The notes: generated by a model from the letters alone, not told the origin. A DNA stretch of 64,000 nt from an uncultured Lacinutrix sp. (GCF_947500325.1 NZ_CANMRQ010000001.1:1-64000), one strand, 5' to 3'; shown: positions 19,152-29,841, numbered from the stretch's first letter. A program made the numbers and translations.

Positions 19152-21218
19152 ATGGAAAACGTCACGCAATTTATTGGAATAGGAATAGGGCTTATTCTTT
19201 TTTTAATCGTAATTTATTTTGCAATTATTGCCCTATTTTATAAAAAAGTCCCTCAAGGAGAAGCTTTAGTAAGAACGGGATTTAAAGGTACAAAAGTAGC
19301 AACAGATAAAGGTTTGTATGTAGTCCCTGTATTTCATAAAGTAGAAATCATGGATATTTCTGTAAAGAAAATTCAAATTGAGCGTATTGCAGAAAATGGC
19401 TTATTATGTAAAGATAACATGCGTGCCGATATTAAAGTGGCTTTTTTTGTACGCGTAAATAATGAAGTAGATTTTATTAAAAAAGTAGCACAAACAGTAG
19501 GTTGTGAACGTGCTTCAGATATTTCAACTTTAGAAGAACTTTTCGAGGCTAAATTCTCTGAAGCTCTAAAAACGGTTGGAAAAAAATTCAACTTTGTAGA
19601 GTTATATGAAGCGCGTAGAGAATTTCGTGATGAAATTGTTGATATTATTGGTACCGATCTTAATGGTTATACACTTGAAGATTGTGCCATCGATTATTTA
19701 GAGCAAACCGCTGTTCAATTTTTAAAGTCTGATAATATTCTTGATGCAGAAGGTATCAAAAAAATTACCGAATTGACTGCTGAACAAAACATGAAAGCAA
19801 ACCTTATTAAGCGTGATGAAGAAAAAGTAATTCGTAAGCAAGATGTAGAAGCACGTGAAGCTATTTTAGAGTTAGATAAACAATTAGCCGAAAAAGAAGA
19901 ACAACAAAAAAGAGAGATTGCAAACATAAAAGCACGTGAAGGAGCAGAAACATTAAAAGTTGCCGAAGAAGAACGCCTAAAATCTGAAAGTGCTAGAATA
20001 GCTACTGAAGAAAAAGTAAAAGTAGCCGAAGAGAATATGGCACGTCAAATTATAGTCGCTGCTAAAAACAAGCAACGTACAGATGCCGTAGAAACAGAAC
20101 GTGTAGAAAAAGACAGAATGTTAGAAGCTACAGAAAGAGAACGCATAGTTACTTTAGCTCAAATTGAAAAAGAAAAGGTCGTTGAAGTTGAAAAGAAAAA
20201 CATTCAAGATGTTATTCGCGATAGAGTAATGCTGGAAAAAGGTGTTATAGAAGAGCAAGAAAACATGAAGGATATTCAAGCTTTTAAAACAGCCGATAGA
20301 GATAAACAAGTAAAAATAACGGTTGCAGAAGCTAATGCACAGGAAGACTTAATAAAAACTATAAAAGCTGCGGAAGCCGAAAAAGAAGCAGCAAAACAAA
20401 AAGCAGAAGAAATAAATATAGAAGCAGAAGCAAAGAAACAAGCCAGTCAAAAAGAAGCAGAAGCAAGAAAAACATTGGCAGAAGCTACAGCTAAGGAAGA
20501 AGCTACAAAAGGTTTATCTGAAGCTCAAGTATTACATGCTAAAGCTGAGGCTAATGAGCGTCAAGGTAAAGTAGAGGCTTTAATTATTGAGGAAAAAGCA
20601 AAAGCTGAGGCAGCAGGTATTTTAGCAAAAGCGGAAGCTATAAAAGAACAAGGTATCGCAGAAGCAGAAGTAATAAAAGAGCAGGCTTTAGCAGAAGCTA
20701 TAGGTATTGAAGAAAAAGCTAATGCCATGAAAAAACTAGATGGTGTAGGTAAAGAGCATGAAGAATTCAAACTACGTTTAGATAAAGAATTACAAGTAGA
20801 TTTAGCCGAAATTAATATTCAAAAAGAGATTGCAGATGCTCAAGCAAATGTAATTGGAGAAGCACTTAAAGCAGCTAATATTGATATTGTTGGTGGAGAA
20901 ACCATGTTCTTCGATCAAATTATTGGACAAATCACTAAATCTAAAGGTATAGATCGTTTGGTGAATCATTCAGATAATATTACTCAGGTAAAAGATGCTA
21001 TTCTGGGAAGTGACGATGTTAAGGGTAATCTTTTAGATAAAGTAAAAGAGTTTGCAACTAAATATGGGATCACTTCAGAAGATATTAAAAACCTAACTGT
21101 AGCTAACTTATTAATAGATTTAAAATCTAAAACTACAGATGCTAGTGAATCAAATCTATTTGATAATCTTGCAAACCTTGCAAAAGGATTAGGCTTATCT
21201 GATAAAAAATTAGGGTAA
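19152..21218 (+). CDS. flotillin / SPFH (band-7) family protein (YqiK-like) with long E/A/K coiled-coil
   Basis: N-terminal TM, SPFH domain, about 300 aa of EAxAK coiled-coil repeats; 688 aa. Confidence 0.8.
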   Translation: MENVTQFIGIGIGLILFLIVIYFAIIALFYKKVPQGEALVRTGFKGTKVATDKGLYVVPVFHKVEIMDISVKKIQIERIAENGLLCKDNMRADIKVAFFVRVNNEVDFIKKVAQTVGCERASDISTLEELFEAKFSEALKTVGKKFNFVELYEARREFRDEIVDIIGTDLNGYTLEDCAIDYLEQTAVQFLKSDNILDAEGIKKITELTAEQNMKANLIKRDEEKVIRKQDVEAREAILELDKQLAEKEEQQKREIANIKAREGAETLKVAEEERLKSESARIATEEKVKVAEENMARQIIVAAKNKQRTDAVETERVEKDRMLEATERERIVTLAQIEKEKVVEVEKKNIQDVIRDRVMLEKGVIEEQENMKDIQAFKTADRDKQVKITVAEANAQEDLIKTIKAAEAEKEAAKQKAEEINIEAEAKKQASQKEAEARKTLAEATAKEEATKGLSEAQVLHAKAEANERQGKVEALIIEEKAKAEAAGILAKAEAIKEQGIAEAEVIKEQALAEAIGIEEKANAMKKLDGVGKEHEEFKLRLDKELQVDLAEINIQKEIADAQANVIGEALKAANIDIVGGETMFFDQIIGQITKSKGIDRLVNHSDNITQVKDAILGSDDVKGNLLDKVKEFATKYGITSEDIKNLTVANLLIDLKSKTTDASESNLFDNLANLAKGLGLSDKKLG

Positions 21219-21280
21219 TTATATATAATTCACTTGCTTGTTTAAGTAACAGGTGAGTGAATTAAATCTTTTAATAATTA

Positions 21281-21748
21281 GTGTCAAAATTTAAGGTCAT
21301 TTTAATTGTTATTCTATCTGCAATAGTAATCTATTTAGTAGATAATATATTCTTAAAAGAAGAATACCTAAAGGGAGTTGTTATAGAAAAAAGGTACCAA
21401 GATAAAATGATTATTACTGGGACAAGTAATAATACTCGAACAGGACATTCTGTTGTAAATACTCCAACTTATGATCCTAATGGCTATAGATTAATTATTA
21501 AAGATAAAAATGATAATCAAATAGTGATAAGGAGTAACTCTGATATTTATACCAAAGCTTACAAAGGTGACTCTGTAAAATATCGTGTATCAAAAGGGCT
21601 TTTTTCTAGAAAAATATGGAAAGCTTCCATTGTTGAAATAATACCAAATTTTGAATACAGAAAACAATTTTTAAATAAAAAACTATCACCACTAGAAAAG
21701 CTCCTTAAAACAAAAGGTGATTTTAACAAAAAAGAATATGACAAGTAA
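21281..21748 (+). CDS. small membrane-anchored hypothetical protein
   Basis: N-terminal TM, 155 aa, between flotillin and giant ATPase gene. Confidence 0.4.
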   Translation: MSKFKVILIVILSAIVIYLVDNIFLKEEYLKGVVIEKRYQDKMIITGTSNNTRTGHSVVNTPTYDPNGYRLIIKDKNDNQIVIRSNSDIYTKAYKGDSVKYRVSKGLFSRKIWKASIVEIIPNFEYRKQFLNKKLSPLEKLLKTKGDFNKKEYDK

Positions 21749-21768
21749 TTTCCCTAAAAGGAAAAACT

Positions 21769-24700
21769 ATGGAAAAAACTAATATAGATAACAACATTCA
21801 GCTAGACGGCGGCACCTATGAGATTATTCAAGGGCGTTTACAAAAACAAAAAAGTGAACTGCTTTCAAGGCTTTCTCAATTAAACGATGCTCGTAAAAAC
21901 GTTTTTGGTAGTGTTGAAACCAAGCTTATTGCTAACAACCGTATTAATACAGAAAATAACTGTATAGCAAGAGATATTGTTACCATAGGTGATACCTGTT
22001 TTTTTGGATATAATGTACACTTTGGGTTGCGAACCGATATCACACTTGCAGATGTGTTTAGTGTGTATACATACGATAACGACCATTTTACCATTCAGTC
22101 TTTAGGCCTAATAGAAGACCCTACGTTTATAAACGATTTTACTAATTTATATAAGTATTATAGAAATACCATTTTCTCAAAATTTGCCATAGTTGGCAAT
22201 TACTTACATATGGTATTTCAGTTAAGCGACAGTATTACTGATATAAAAACCTTTAAATGGCTTATCAACGATGGTGCACTTCAGTATATTGATAACCGTA
22301 GCGAACATGAATTTAAATTCCCTAATCAGCATGAATTTAATTGGGTAGAATCTACCAGAGATAATCATGTGTATGGAAAACACTCGCACATATCAATATT
22401 AGACAAAGTTTTTGTAGAAACCATTGGTGGAGATTTAACTATTAAAATAGAAGATAATACAGATGATGGTAAAGGCATTTACGATGAATCTGTACTACAT
22501 CCAGACCAAACCCTAGATGATGGACAATATAAGTACGCAGACCTAGGTAATTTAATAGCTCTAGAAATTAAACCCTTTCAAGAGCAATCAAGATATTTTG
22601 TATACAATCATAAAATACAAGAAGTAAAAAAAATAGATAGTATTGGAGATGCCTGTATACTATTACCAGACGATCAAGGTATTATTTTTGCAGATGGTTA
22701 TTACTTACAATCTGGTGATTTTAAGTTATTTGATAATAGTGTTTCTAACGTTAAATTCAAAAAAAAGGTAAGCTCTCCTAATGGTGAAGATTTCCTATAT
22801 GTGTTTTACGAAAGTAAAAAAGGCTTGTATGTATTGATGTCTTATAATGTTATAGACCAGCAAGTAAAAACACCTATTATTTGTAACGGTTACACTATTC
22901 TTAATGATGGAGAATTATGCTACTTTAAAACCGAAGACGAACAAACAAAACACCATGTTATTCAAATATGGCAAACACCATTTATTAAAGGCGATGTTAT
23001 TCCTTCAGAACATACAGACAGTCTATTATATAAAATAGGAAATAAAGATATTGTAAAAGCAATGGCAGAATGCCAAGCTTTAATAACACTTTTAAATAAA
23101 GAAGATAGTTACGACGGCTTATATGATGATATTGCTAAATCCTCAAGCGATATTTTAAATAGTTACTATTGGATAACAGAACCAGAAACATTTCTTGTTA
23201 ACCAACCCTTAACAGAATTAAATGAAGCAGCCAATGCAGCTATTGATGAATTTGAAAAAGTAGTACAACTACGTAAAACAGCTGCAAATATTACTAAAGA
23301 TACACAAGCTAAAGCAGATGGTGTTTTTGGAAAAATTAAAAGTAGTACGTTTAAATCTATTGAAGATTTTGTACTTGTTTTATCACAGTTACGAACACTT
23401 AGAGGAGAAGTTATTGGTTTAAATGACATTCGCTATGTCGATACTGCATTTATAAGTGCATTAGAAGCCGAAATTATAGCGCAAAACGATAAAATTTCTG
23501 AACGTTGCGTACAGTTTTTACTAAATGATAAAGCACTTCTACCTTACCATAATCGTGTTGCTGAAAAAGAGACAGAATTAGAAGGCATAAAGAAAGTTGT
23601 TGCAGCTAAAAAATTAGAAGAAGAAGTCAATCAAATTGCTGCCGATTTAGAAATGCTCATCGATATCGTTTCTAATTTAGAAATTGAAGATGCCTCGCAT
23701 TCCACACAAATTATTGATAATATTTCATTGATTTTTGCAACCATTAATCAACTAAAGGCAGGCTTAAAAAACAAGTTAAAGTCCTTAGGTGAAAAAGAAG
23801 CTTCTGCAGAGTTTGCTTCACAATTAAAGCTAGTAGATCAAAGCATTATCAATTACTTAGATATTGCTGCTACACCAGAAAAAACAGATGAGCTCTTAAA
23901 TAAAGTCTCTGTACAATTAGAAGATTTAGAAGCTAGGTTTGCAGATTTTGAAGATTTCATTACTCAAATTATTGAAAAAAGAGAAGAAGTATATAATGCT
24001 TTCGAAGCCAGAAAAAATAGTCTAGTTGAAGCCAGAAACAAAAAAACAATAACTTTAGAAGCAGCTGCAAATCGCATTCTTAAAGGTGTTACTAAAAAAG
24101 CACTAAGCTTTAAAACTACAGCTGAAATTAACGGTTATTTTGCATCCGATTTAATGATTAATAAGCTTCGCGATATTATCACTAATCTTAAGGATTTAGA
24201 TGATGCAGGGAAAGCTGAAGCTATTGAAACAGGATTAAAAGTAGCTAAAGAAGATGCGGTTAGAAAATTAAAAGATACCCAAGATTTATACGAAGATGGC
24301 GAAAATATTATCAAACTTGGTAAGCACAGGTTTGGCGTTAATAAACAACCATTAGATCTTACCATTGTTTATAAAGATAATACTTTAAAGTACCATCTAA
24401 CTGGTACAGATTTTTATCAGTCTATTGAAAATGATACTTTAATTAAGTCTCAAAAATATTGGAATCAAGAATTGGTATCAGAGAATAAAGAGATCTATAG
24501 ATCTTCATATCTTGCCTATAAACTATTTATAAATGCCTCTAATAATCTAAAGCAACTAAGCGATACAGAATTACTTAAACTTGTAAAAAGTGAAAGTAGT
24601 AAAAACTATTCCGAAGGTTATATTAAAGGAGTTCATGATGAAGATGCTACCAAAATTTTAAAAACGTTAGTTAGCAAACATCATGATTTAGGATTATTGC

Positions 24701-26658
24701 GTTATCAATCTATAGTGAGAGCATTTGGGCAATTTTTTTGGAACACTTTAGACAATGAAAACAGAGCGTCTTGGAATCAAAAAATAAAAGCTTCAGGTGA
24801 AGTGCTATCTGCTTTTCCAGATAGCAAAGAATATGAAATTTTTGTAGAGATCTTAAGTCAAGAATTGCAAGATTCTGTGTTTTATGATGTCATTTCTAAA
24901 CACTATAAAGGGCAAAAAAATACACTTGAATTTGAAACAGCATCCTATTTATTTGATGAATTACAAAACAACGATACGTTTTGTAGTAGCAAAACAGCCC
25001 AAGAGTTATTTGATAACTTTACAAAAGCCTTAAAAAATAAAAAAGCAATTACCGCTTTTAAAACCTCTCTTAAAACCGCTTTAGGAGATAAAAATATTAC
25101 AATCAATGCGGTGCAATTAGCTGTACAATGGGTAAGCTCTTTTATAAAATCACAGGCTCCAGAGTATATAGATTACATTTATGAAGTTGTTGCACTTATG
25201 CTATTTAAAAGTGACACAAAACTAGAAACTATTCAAGTAAATGCTACTTTAATTATTAAAGATTTAAAAGGAAGTCATACCACAATTAGTGAAGGCGATT
25301 TTCAATTTAATTACCATAATTTTATAAATCAATTACAACACTTTGCTTCTGTAGAAGTACCAGCATATAATGCCTATCGTGAAGCAAAACACACAGTTAC
25401 CGAAACTCTAAAAGAAGAACTAAAATTGGAAGAGTTTAAACCTAGAGTACTCTCTTCTTTTGTGAGGAATAAGCTTATAGATCAAGTGTATTTACCTTTG
25501 TTTGGCGATAATTTATCCAAACAATTAGGAAGTGTAGGTGATAACAAGCGTACAGATCGTATGGGTATGCTATTGCTTATATCGCCTCCTGGTTATGGTA
25601 AAACAACCTTAATGGAATATATGGCAAATCGTTTAGGACTCATATTTATGAAAATAAATGGTCCAGCAATAGGTCATGACGTCACTTCTGTAGACCCGCT
25701 AACAGCAAAAAATTCTGCAGCCCGAGAAGAATTGAACAAGCTTAATCTTGCTTTTGAAATGGGTAATAATGTGATGTTATATTTAGATGACATACAACAT
25801 TGTAACCCAGAGTTTTTACAAAAATTTATATCACTTGCAGATGGTACACGTAAAATAGAAGGGATTTATAATGGTAAACCAAAAACTTACGATTTACGTA
25901 GTAAGAAGTTTTGTGTGATTATGGCAGGGAATCCATATACAGAAAGTGGTGATAAGTTTCAAATTCCTGATATGTTAGCAAACCGTGCCGATATTTATAA
26001 TTTAGGTGATATTATTGGAGATACAGCAGATTTATTTAAGCTAAGCTTAATTGAAAACTCACTAACTTCTAATCCTATTCTTCATCAATTGAGTAGCAAA
26101 TATTTTGAAGATATTTATCAATTAATAGAAGTTGTAGAATCTGGAAATCCTGCTAATTTAGAACTTAAAGGCAACCATACCAAACAAGAAGTTCAAGATT
26201 ATTTGGCAGTATTAGATAAAGTAGTTGCCATTCGCAATACGGTATTAAAGGTAAACGAAACTTATATTAAATCTGCTGCTATGGATGATAGTTACCGTAT
26301 AGAACCTTCATTTAAATTGCAAGGATCTTATCGTGATATGAACAAATTGGTGGCCAAAATAGTGCCAATAATGAATGATAAAGAGCTACAAACTCTTTTG
26401 CTATCACATTATGAAAACGAATCGCAAACCCTTACCAGTGCTGCCGAAGCCAATTTATTAAAATATAAGGAGCTTACAAGTTCTATAGATACTATTGAAA
26501 TTGAGCGTTGGCAAACCATTAAAGATACGTTTGTAAAAAACAATAAGCTTAAAGGTTTTGGAAATGAAAATGAAATGGCGCAAGTACTAAATCAAATGAT
26601 GCAATTTAGCGAGCATTTAGAAGGGATCCAGAATGTTTTAAAGAAAGGTTTAAAATAA
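21769..26658 (+). CDS. giant (1629 aa) protein with C-terminal AAA+ ATPase domain (AAA_5/MoxR/dynein-like)
   Basis: Walker A ISPPGYGKTT (about aa 1267), Walker B MLYLDD, sensor region VIMAGNPYTE...ANRADIYNLG; coiled-coil mid-region. Confidence 0.7.
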   Translation: MEKTNIDNNIQLDGGTYEIIQGRLQKQKSELLSRLSQLNDARKNVFGSVETKLIANNRINTENNCIARDIVTIGDTCFFGYNVHFGLRTDITLADVFSVYTYDNDHFTIQSLGLIEDPTFINDFTNLYKYYRNTIFSKFAIVGNYLHMVFQLSDSITDIKTFKWLINDGALQYIDNRSEHEFKFPNQHEFNWVESTRDNHVYGKHSHISILDKVFVETIGGDLTIKIEDNTDDGKGIYDESVLHPDQTLDDGQYKYADLGNLIALEIKPFQEQSRYFVYNHKIQEVKKIDSIGDACILLPDDQGIIFADGYYLQSGDFKLFDNSVSNVKFKKKVSSPNGEDFLYVFYESKKGLYVLMSYNVIDQQVKTPIICNGYTILNDGELCYFKTEDEQTKHHVIQIWQTPFIKGDVIPSEHTDSLLYKIGNKDIVKAMAECQALITLLNKEDSYDGLYDDIAKSSSDILNSYYWITEPETFLVNQPLTELNEAANAAIDEFEKVVQLRKTAANITKDTQAKADGVFGKIKSSTFKSIEDFVLVLSQLRTLRGEVIGLNDIRYVDTAFISALEAEIIAQNDKISERCVQFLLNDKALLPYHNRVAEKETELEGIKKVVAAKKLEEEVNQIAADLEMLIDIVSNLEIEDASHSTQIIDNISLIFATINQLKAGLKNKLKSLGEKEASAEFASQLKLVDQSIINYLDIAATPEKTDELLNKVSVQLEDLEARFADFEDFITQIIEKREEVYNAFEARKNSLVEARNKKTITLEAAANRILKGVTKKALSFKTTAEINGYFASDLMINKLRDIITNLKDLDDAGKAEAIETGLKVAKEDAVRKLKDTQDLYEDGENIIKLGKHRFGVNKQPLDLTIVYKDNTLKYHLTGTDFYQSIENDTLIKSQKYWNQELVSENKEIYRSSYLAYKLFINASNNLKQLSDTELLKLVKSESSKNYSEGYIKGVHDEDATKILKTLVSKHHDLGLLRYQSIVRAFGQFFWNTLDNENRASWNQKIKASGEVLSAFPDSKEYEIFVEILSQELQDSVFYDVISKHYKGQKNTLEFETASYLFDELQNNDTFCSSKTAQELFDNFTKALKNKKAITAFKTSLKTALGDKNITINAVQLAVQWVSSFIKSQAPEYIDYIYEVVALMLFKSDTKLETIQVNATLIIKDLKGSHTTISEGDFQFNYHNFINQLQHFASVEVPAYNAYREAKHTVTETLKEELKLEEFKPRVLSSFVRNKLIDQVYLPLFGDNLSKQLGSVGDNKRTDRMGMLLLISPPGYGKTTLMEYMANRLGLIFMKINGPAIGHDVTSVDPLTAKNSAAREELNKLNLAFEMGNNVMLYLDDIQHCNPEFLQKFISLADGTRKIEGIYNGKPKTYDLRSKKFCVIMAGNPYTESGDKFQIPDMLANRADIYNLGDIIGDTADLFKLSLIENSLTSNPILHQLSSKYFEDIYQLIEVVESGNPANLELKGNHTKQEVQDYLAVLDKVVAIRNTVLKVNETYIKSAAMDDSYRIEPSFKLQGSYRDMNKLVAKIVPIMNDKELQTLLLSHYENESQTLTSAAEANLLKYKELTSSIDTIEIERWQTIKDTFVKNNKLKGFGNENEMAQVLNQMMQFSEHLEGIQNVLKKGLK

Positions 26659-26790
26659 AAACGTCTGTTCGAGTGATTTTGAGTTATTGAAATTCACTCG
26701 AATTGACGAATTTTATCTAAGTTAAGATAATCAGATTTGTTTTTTAATAGACCTGTTAGGTTAGATTACTCTATGATATTTTATTTTGAT

Positions 26791-27399
26791 TCAACTATAT
26801 ACTACTGAAGTATTCGTTATATGATTTTCTATAATATGTGCGCCTAAATTTAACCAAAGTTCTGCTCTATCTAAAACCCAAGCATCTGCACTTACAACAA
26901 TGTGATTGCTTTCTGCTAAGATTTTATCTGGATTGTTTTCTAAAATAATGTCCCAATTAAAACTATGTTTTATGGCGATGTCTCTAAGTATGGTTTTAAG
27001 ACGACCACTATTAGACACAGGTCTATCAAACACCCAAATAACCTCATTTTCTTTTAAAAGATTACCCACTATAAGCAATGCGTTTTCTGTTTGTTGTACG
27101 CGTTTATAGGTACCATGAACACCAGACAAATCTCTATATGCAGCATCTAATCCTTTAAATAAGTAAGCACCAGAAAGTGCACTTTCTAAAATAATAAGCA
27201 AATTAAACCCATCTATAATAATGGTTTCAGAAGTTATATTCTTAAAAGGGATGACGTGGTTTTCTCGTCTTTCTATTTGTTGTTGCGAAGCACTCATACC
27301 TCTAACGGCTTGTTGTTGCCTTACGTTTAAACGATGCTTATTTCCAACGAGTTGCAATGATGATTTCTCGGCATAACCCCTAGAGAGCAAATAGTGCAT
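26791..27399 (-). CDS. hypothetical protein (possible PIN/NYN-like fold, very tentative)
   Basis: 202 aa; no confident motif. Confidence 0.35.
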   Translation of the reverse strand: MHYLLSRGYAEKSSLQLVGNKHRLNVRQQQAVRGMSASQQQIERRENHVIPFKNITSETIIIDGFNLLIILESALSGAYLFKGLDAAYRDLSGVHGTYKRVQQTENALLIVGNLLKENEVIWVFDRPVSNSGRLKTILRDIAIKHSFNWDIILENNPDKILAESNHIVVSADAWVLDRAELWLNLGAHIIENHITNTSVVYS

Positions 27400-27499
27400 A
27401 TCTATTATAGCTTCTTTTAGTTTTTCTGAATTTTTTCTGAACCAAATAAGACATCATCATTACTGTCTTTTCCTCTGTTTCTATAAATAGTCATACAAA

Positions 27500-28126
27500 T
27501 TACCTCCAGAAGGGTTTCTTTTTAGGTTTTAAATCCGCAACGTTTCCTGAAAAATATTTAACCTGAAAAACATTTGTATCTTCATATTGTACCTCCATAA
27601 GTTCTACTGGAAAAATACAACAATTTGTTTCTGAATTTACAACTTTTAAACACCTAAGTTTATAATTATTCGTCCTATTTATTTTTGCTCTATTAGCAAT
27701 TTTTACAATTAGACTAATAAGCTGTTTATGGTTACTTATTATTAATGGATTAAAACATATAAGATATAAAAATTCGGCTAAAGCTTCATTTTTATCTTTA
27801 GATTTAAATAAGTTAGTATTATCATGGAAATAAAAATACCATTTCAAAGGATTGTTATCAATAGCAATATTTTTTTCAATTATAATCGGATCAAGTATAG
27901 AGTTATTATAAATACTAATTATTGCATTATTTTTTAAATGTAATAACTGATTTTGCTCAACCTTATGTCTTTTTAAATTCCGATTTAACTTTTTATATCT
28001 CCATTGAATAATTATACATAAATCTAATAATTCAATAGGCAAGTTATAATTATTATTCTTTTTATTCTCTTTTAATTTATGAGATAAAAATTGAAATAAA
28101 ATATCACTACAAGTAGATGTTTTCAT
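27500..28126 (-). CDS. hypothetical protein
   Basis: 208 aa, AT-rich, adjacent to tRNA cluster. Confidence 0.4.
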   Translation of the reverse strand: MKTSTCSDILFQFLSHKLKENKKNNNYNLPIELLDLCIIIQWRYKKLNRNLKRHKVEQNQLLHLKNNAIISIYNNSILDPIIIEKNIAIDNNPLKWYFYFHDNTNLFKSKDKNEALAEFLYLICFNPLIISNHKQLISLIVKIANRAKINRTNNYKLRCLKVVNSETNCCIFPVELMEVQYEDTNVFQVKYFSGNVADLKPKKKPFWR

Positions 28127-28143
28127 GGTATTAATTTTAAAAA

Positions 28144-28215
28144 GAGAGCAAGCAGGATTTGAACCTACAACCTCGGGTTTGCAACCCGCTATTTTTCCAG
28201 TTAAACTATTACTCC
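28144..28215 (-). tRNA. tRNA-Cys (GCA)
   Basis: manual cloverleaf: acceptor GGAGTAA/TTGCTCT (GU pairs), D GTTT/AAAT, anticodon loop TTGCAAA, T-loop TTCAAAT. Confidence 0.65.
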
Positions 28216-28229
28216 CCTATTTATATAAG

Positions 28230-28302
28230 TTGGATGCATGAGACTTGAACTCACAACCTCCTGCTTGAGAGGCAGGCGCTCTTCCAATTGAGCTAGCATC
28301 CA
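28230..28302 (-). tRNA. tRNA-Glu (CTC)
   Basis: acceptor TGGATGC/GCATCCA, D GCTC/GAGC, anticodon stem CCTGC/GCAGG loop CTCTCAA, T-loop TTCAAGT. Confidence 0.6.
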
Positions 28303-28309
28303 ATAAAAA

Positions 28310-28381
28310 TCACGTAAGTAGGACTCGAACCTACAAATTTAGAAATGTTGCCTAATGTTTTTCCAATTAAACTATTACGTG
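28310..28381 (-). tRNA. tRNA-like gene with non-canonical anticodon loop (CAACATT; paralog of the tRNA-Cys unit)
   Basis: perfect 7-bp acceptor CACGTAA/TTACGTG, D GTTT/AAAC, T arm GTAGG-TTCGAGT-CCTAC; position 33 is A, anticodon ambiguous. Confidence 0.45.
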
Positions 28382-28394
28382 TTTTAAAAAAGTA

Positions 28395-28467
28395 AAGAAC
28401 GTATGAGATTCGAACTCACAACCTCAGGATTGTATGTCAAGCGCTCTTCCAGTTGAGCTAACGTTCT
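28395..28467 (-). tRNA. tRNA-like gene with disrupted anticodon stem (loop CATACAA; paralog of the tRNA-Glu unit)
   Basis: perfect acceptor AGAACGT/ACGTTCT, D GCTC/GAGC, T arm GTGAG-TTCGAAT-CTCAT; anticodon stem CTTGA/TCCTG pairs only 3 of 5. Confidence 0.4.
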
Positions 28468-28477
28468 TTACAATACT

Positions 28478-29833
28478 TTACCAATTTTCTTCTCTATAAT
28501 TCTTTAAAAGTTTACCAACAAATATATTATTATTAGTTAAAGATTCAATTATAGGATGAATAACTCTTGATGCTCCGTCTACAGGATCTAAAGGTGGAAT
28601 ATAACCTTGTTCATATTGCTTTTCTCTTAGCGATTCTATGGCTCCAGTTGATACCCAACCTACATCTACAGCATTCATGTAGATATTATAATCTTCATAT
28701 TGTTTCGCTGAAGTTCTGGTTAACATATTTAAAGCAGCTTTTGTCATATTTGTATGTGGATGAAAAACCGTTTTATTAGCATAACTAAATTGACCTTCAG
28801 ATGACGTGACATTAATAATAAATTTTTGTTCAAATCTTGATGCTTTGATAAGTGGTGTTAATTCTTTTATTAAAAAGTAAGGTGATATTTGATTAATTAA
28901 ATTAACTTCTACTAATTCATACATAGAAATTTCATCTAAAGTTGAATTCCAACTATTTTTAGTACTCAAGTCTACAGGCTGACCAAATCGATTAAGCTTC
29001 AAATCTATATCCTTTACAGATGCTAATGCTTTATCTTTTTGCATTAATGGTGTTTTGTTTTCAATAAGCTTTTGAGGCTCATTAAAATTTGACAATAGCA
29101 TTTGCTCTTTTTTAATTATTGGAATATAATATTGATCCGAATATTTAATAGTTTGAGCAGCATTATTTATTAATATATCTAAACTTTCATAATTAGATTT
29201 GTAATACTCTATAAATAATTCTACAGATTTTAAGTGTTTTAAATCTAGTCCATAAACTATTAAGTTTTTACTCCAAGTTTCATAATCCTTTTCTTCTTTA
29301 AATAGGTTCAAAGCAGAAGCAGGAAAACGTGTTGTCACCAAAACATTAGCATTACATCTTAAAAAACGCAATGCAGTGGCATAACCAATTTTAACACGAC
29401 CACCAGTAATAATTACATTTCTAGATGTTAAATCAGCCTTTTTAAAGCGATTTTCATAATTTATTTCTGAACAATCTGGACACAATCTACTATAAAAAGA
29501 ATGAACTTGATTATAAGATTTATTACACGAGTAACAGTTTTTAGGAATATTAATAGTTTGATAAAATTGTTCTTTTTGCTTTAAACCATCATACTCCGAA
29601 ACATTGTTTAATGCATTTTGAGCAATTTTAGAATTTTTCAGAATTTCTAAATCATGTCCTTTTTTAAATTTATAACTAGATGATCTATTCTGCTTTTTAG
29701 CTCTTTTATGAATTTTTGAAATCAAAGCCCCAAATTTTTGGTTATCTGGATTATCAAGAGGATTCTCTTTTAACTCAGTCAATACCTTTAGACAAGATTC
29801 CCATTCTTTAGATGTGAAATTATATTGGTCCAT
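28478..29833 (-). CDS. SDR-family oxidoreductase with N-terminal extension containing a CxxC...CxxC zinc-ribbon
   Basis: VIITGGRVKIGYATA Rossmann motif, NNAAQT, plus CYSCN...CPDC; 451 aa. Confidence 0.6.
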   Translation of the reverse strand: MDQYNFTSKEWESCLKVLTELKENPLDNPDNQKFGALISKIHKRAKKQNRSSSYKFKKGHDLEILKNSKIAQNALNNVSEYDGLKQKEQFYQTINIPKNCYSCNKSYNQVHSFYSRLCPDCSEINYENRFKKADLTSRNVIITGGRVKIGYATALRFLRCNANVLVTTRFPASALNLFKEEKDYETWSKNLIVYGLDLKHLKSVELFIEYYKSNYESLDILINNAAQTIKYSDQYYIPIIKKEQMLLSNFNEPQKLIENKTPLMQKDKALASVKDIDLKLNRFGQPVDLSTKNSWNSTLDEISMYELVEVNLINQISPYFLIKELTPLIKASRFEQKFIINVTSSEGQFSYANKTVFHPHTNMTKAALNMLTRTSAKQYEDYNIYMNAVDVGWVSTGAIESLREKQYEQGYIPPLDPVDGASRVIHPIIESLTNNNIFVGKLLKNYREENW

Positions 29834-29841
29834 AATTATAT

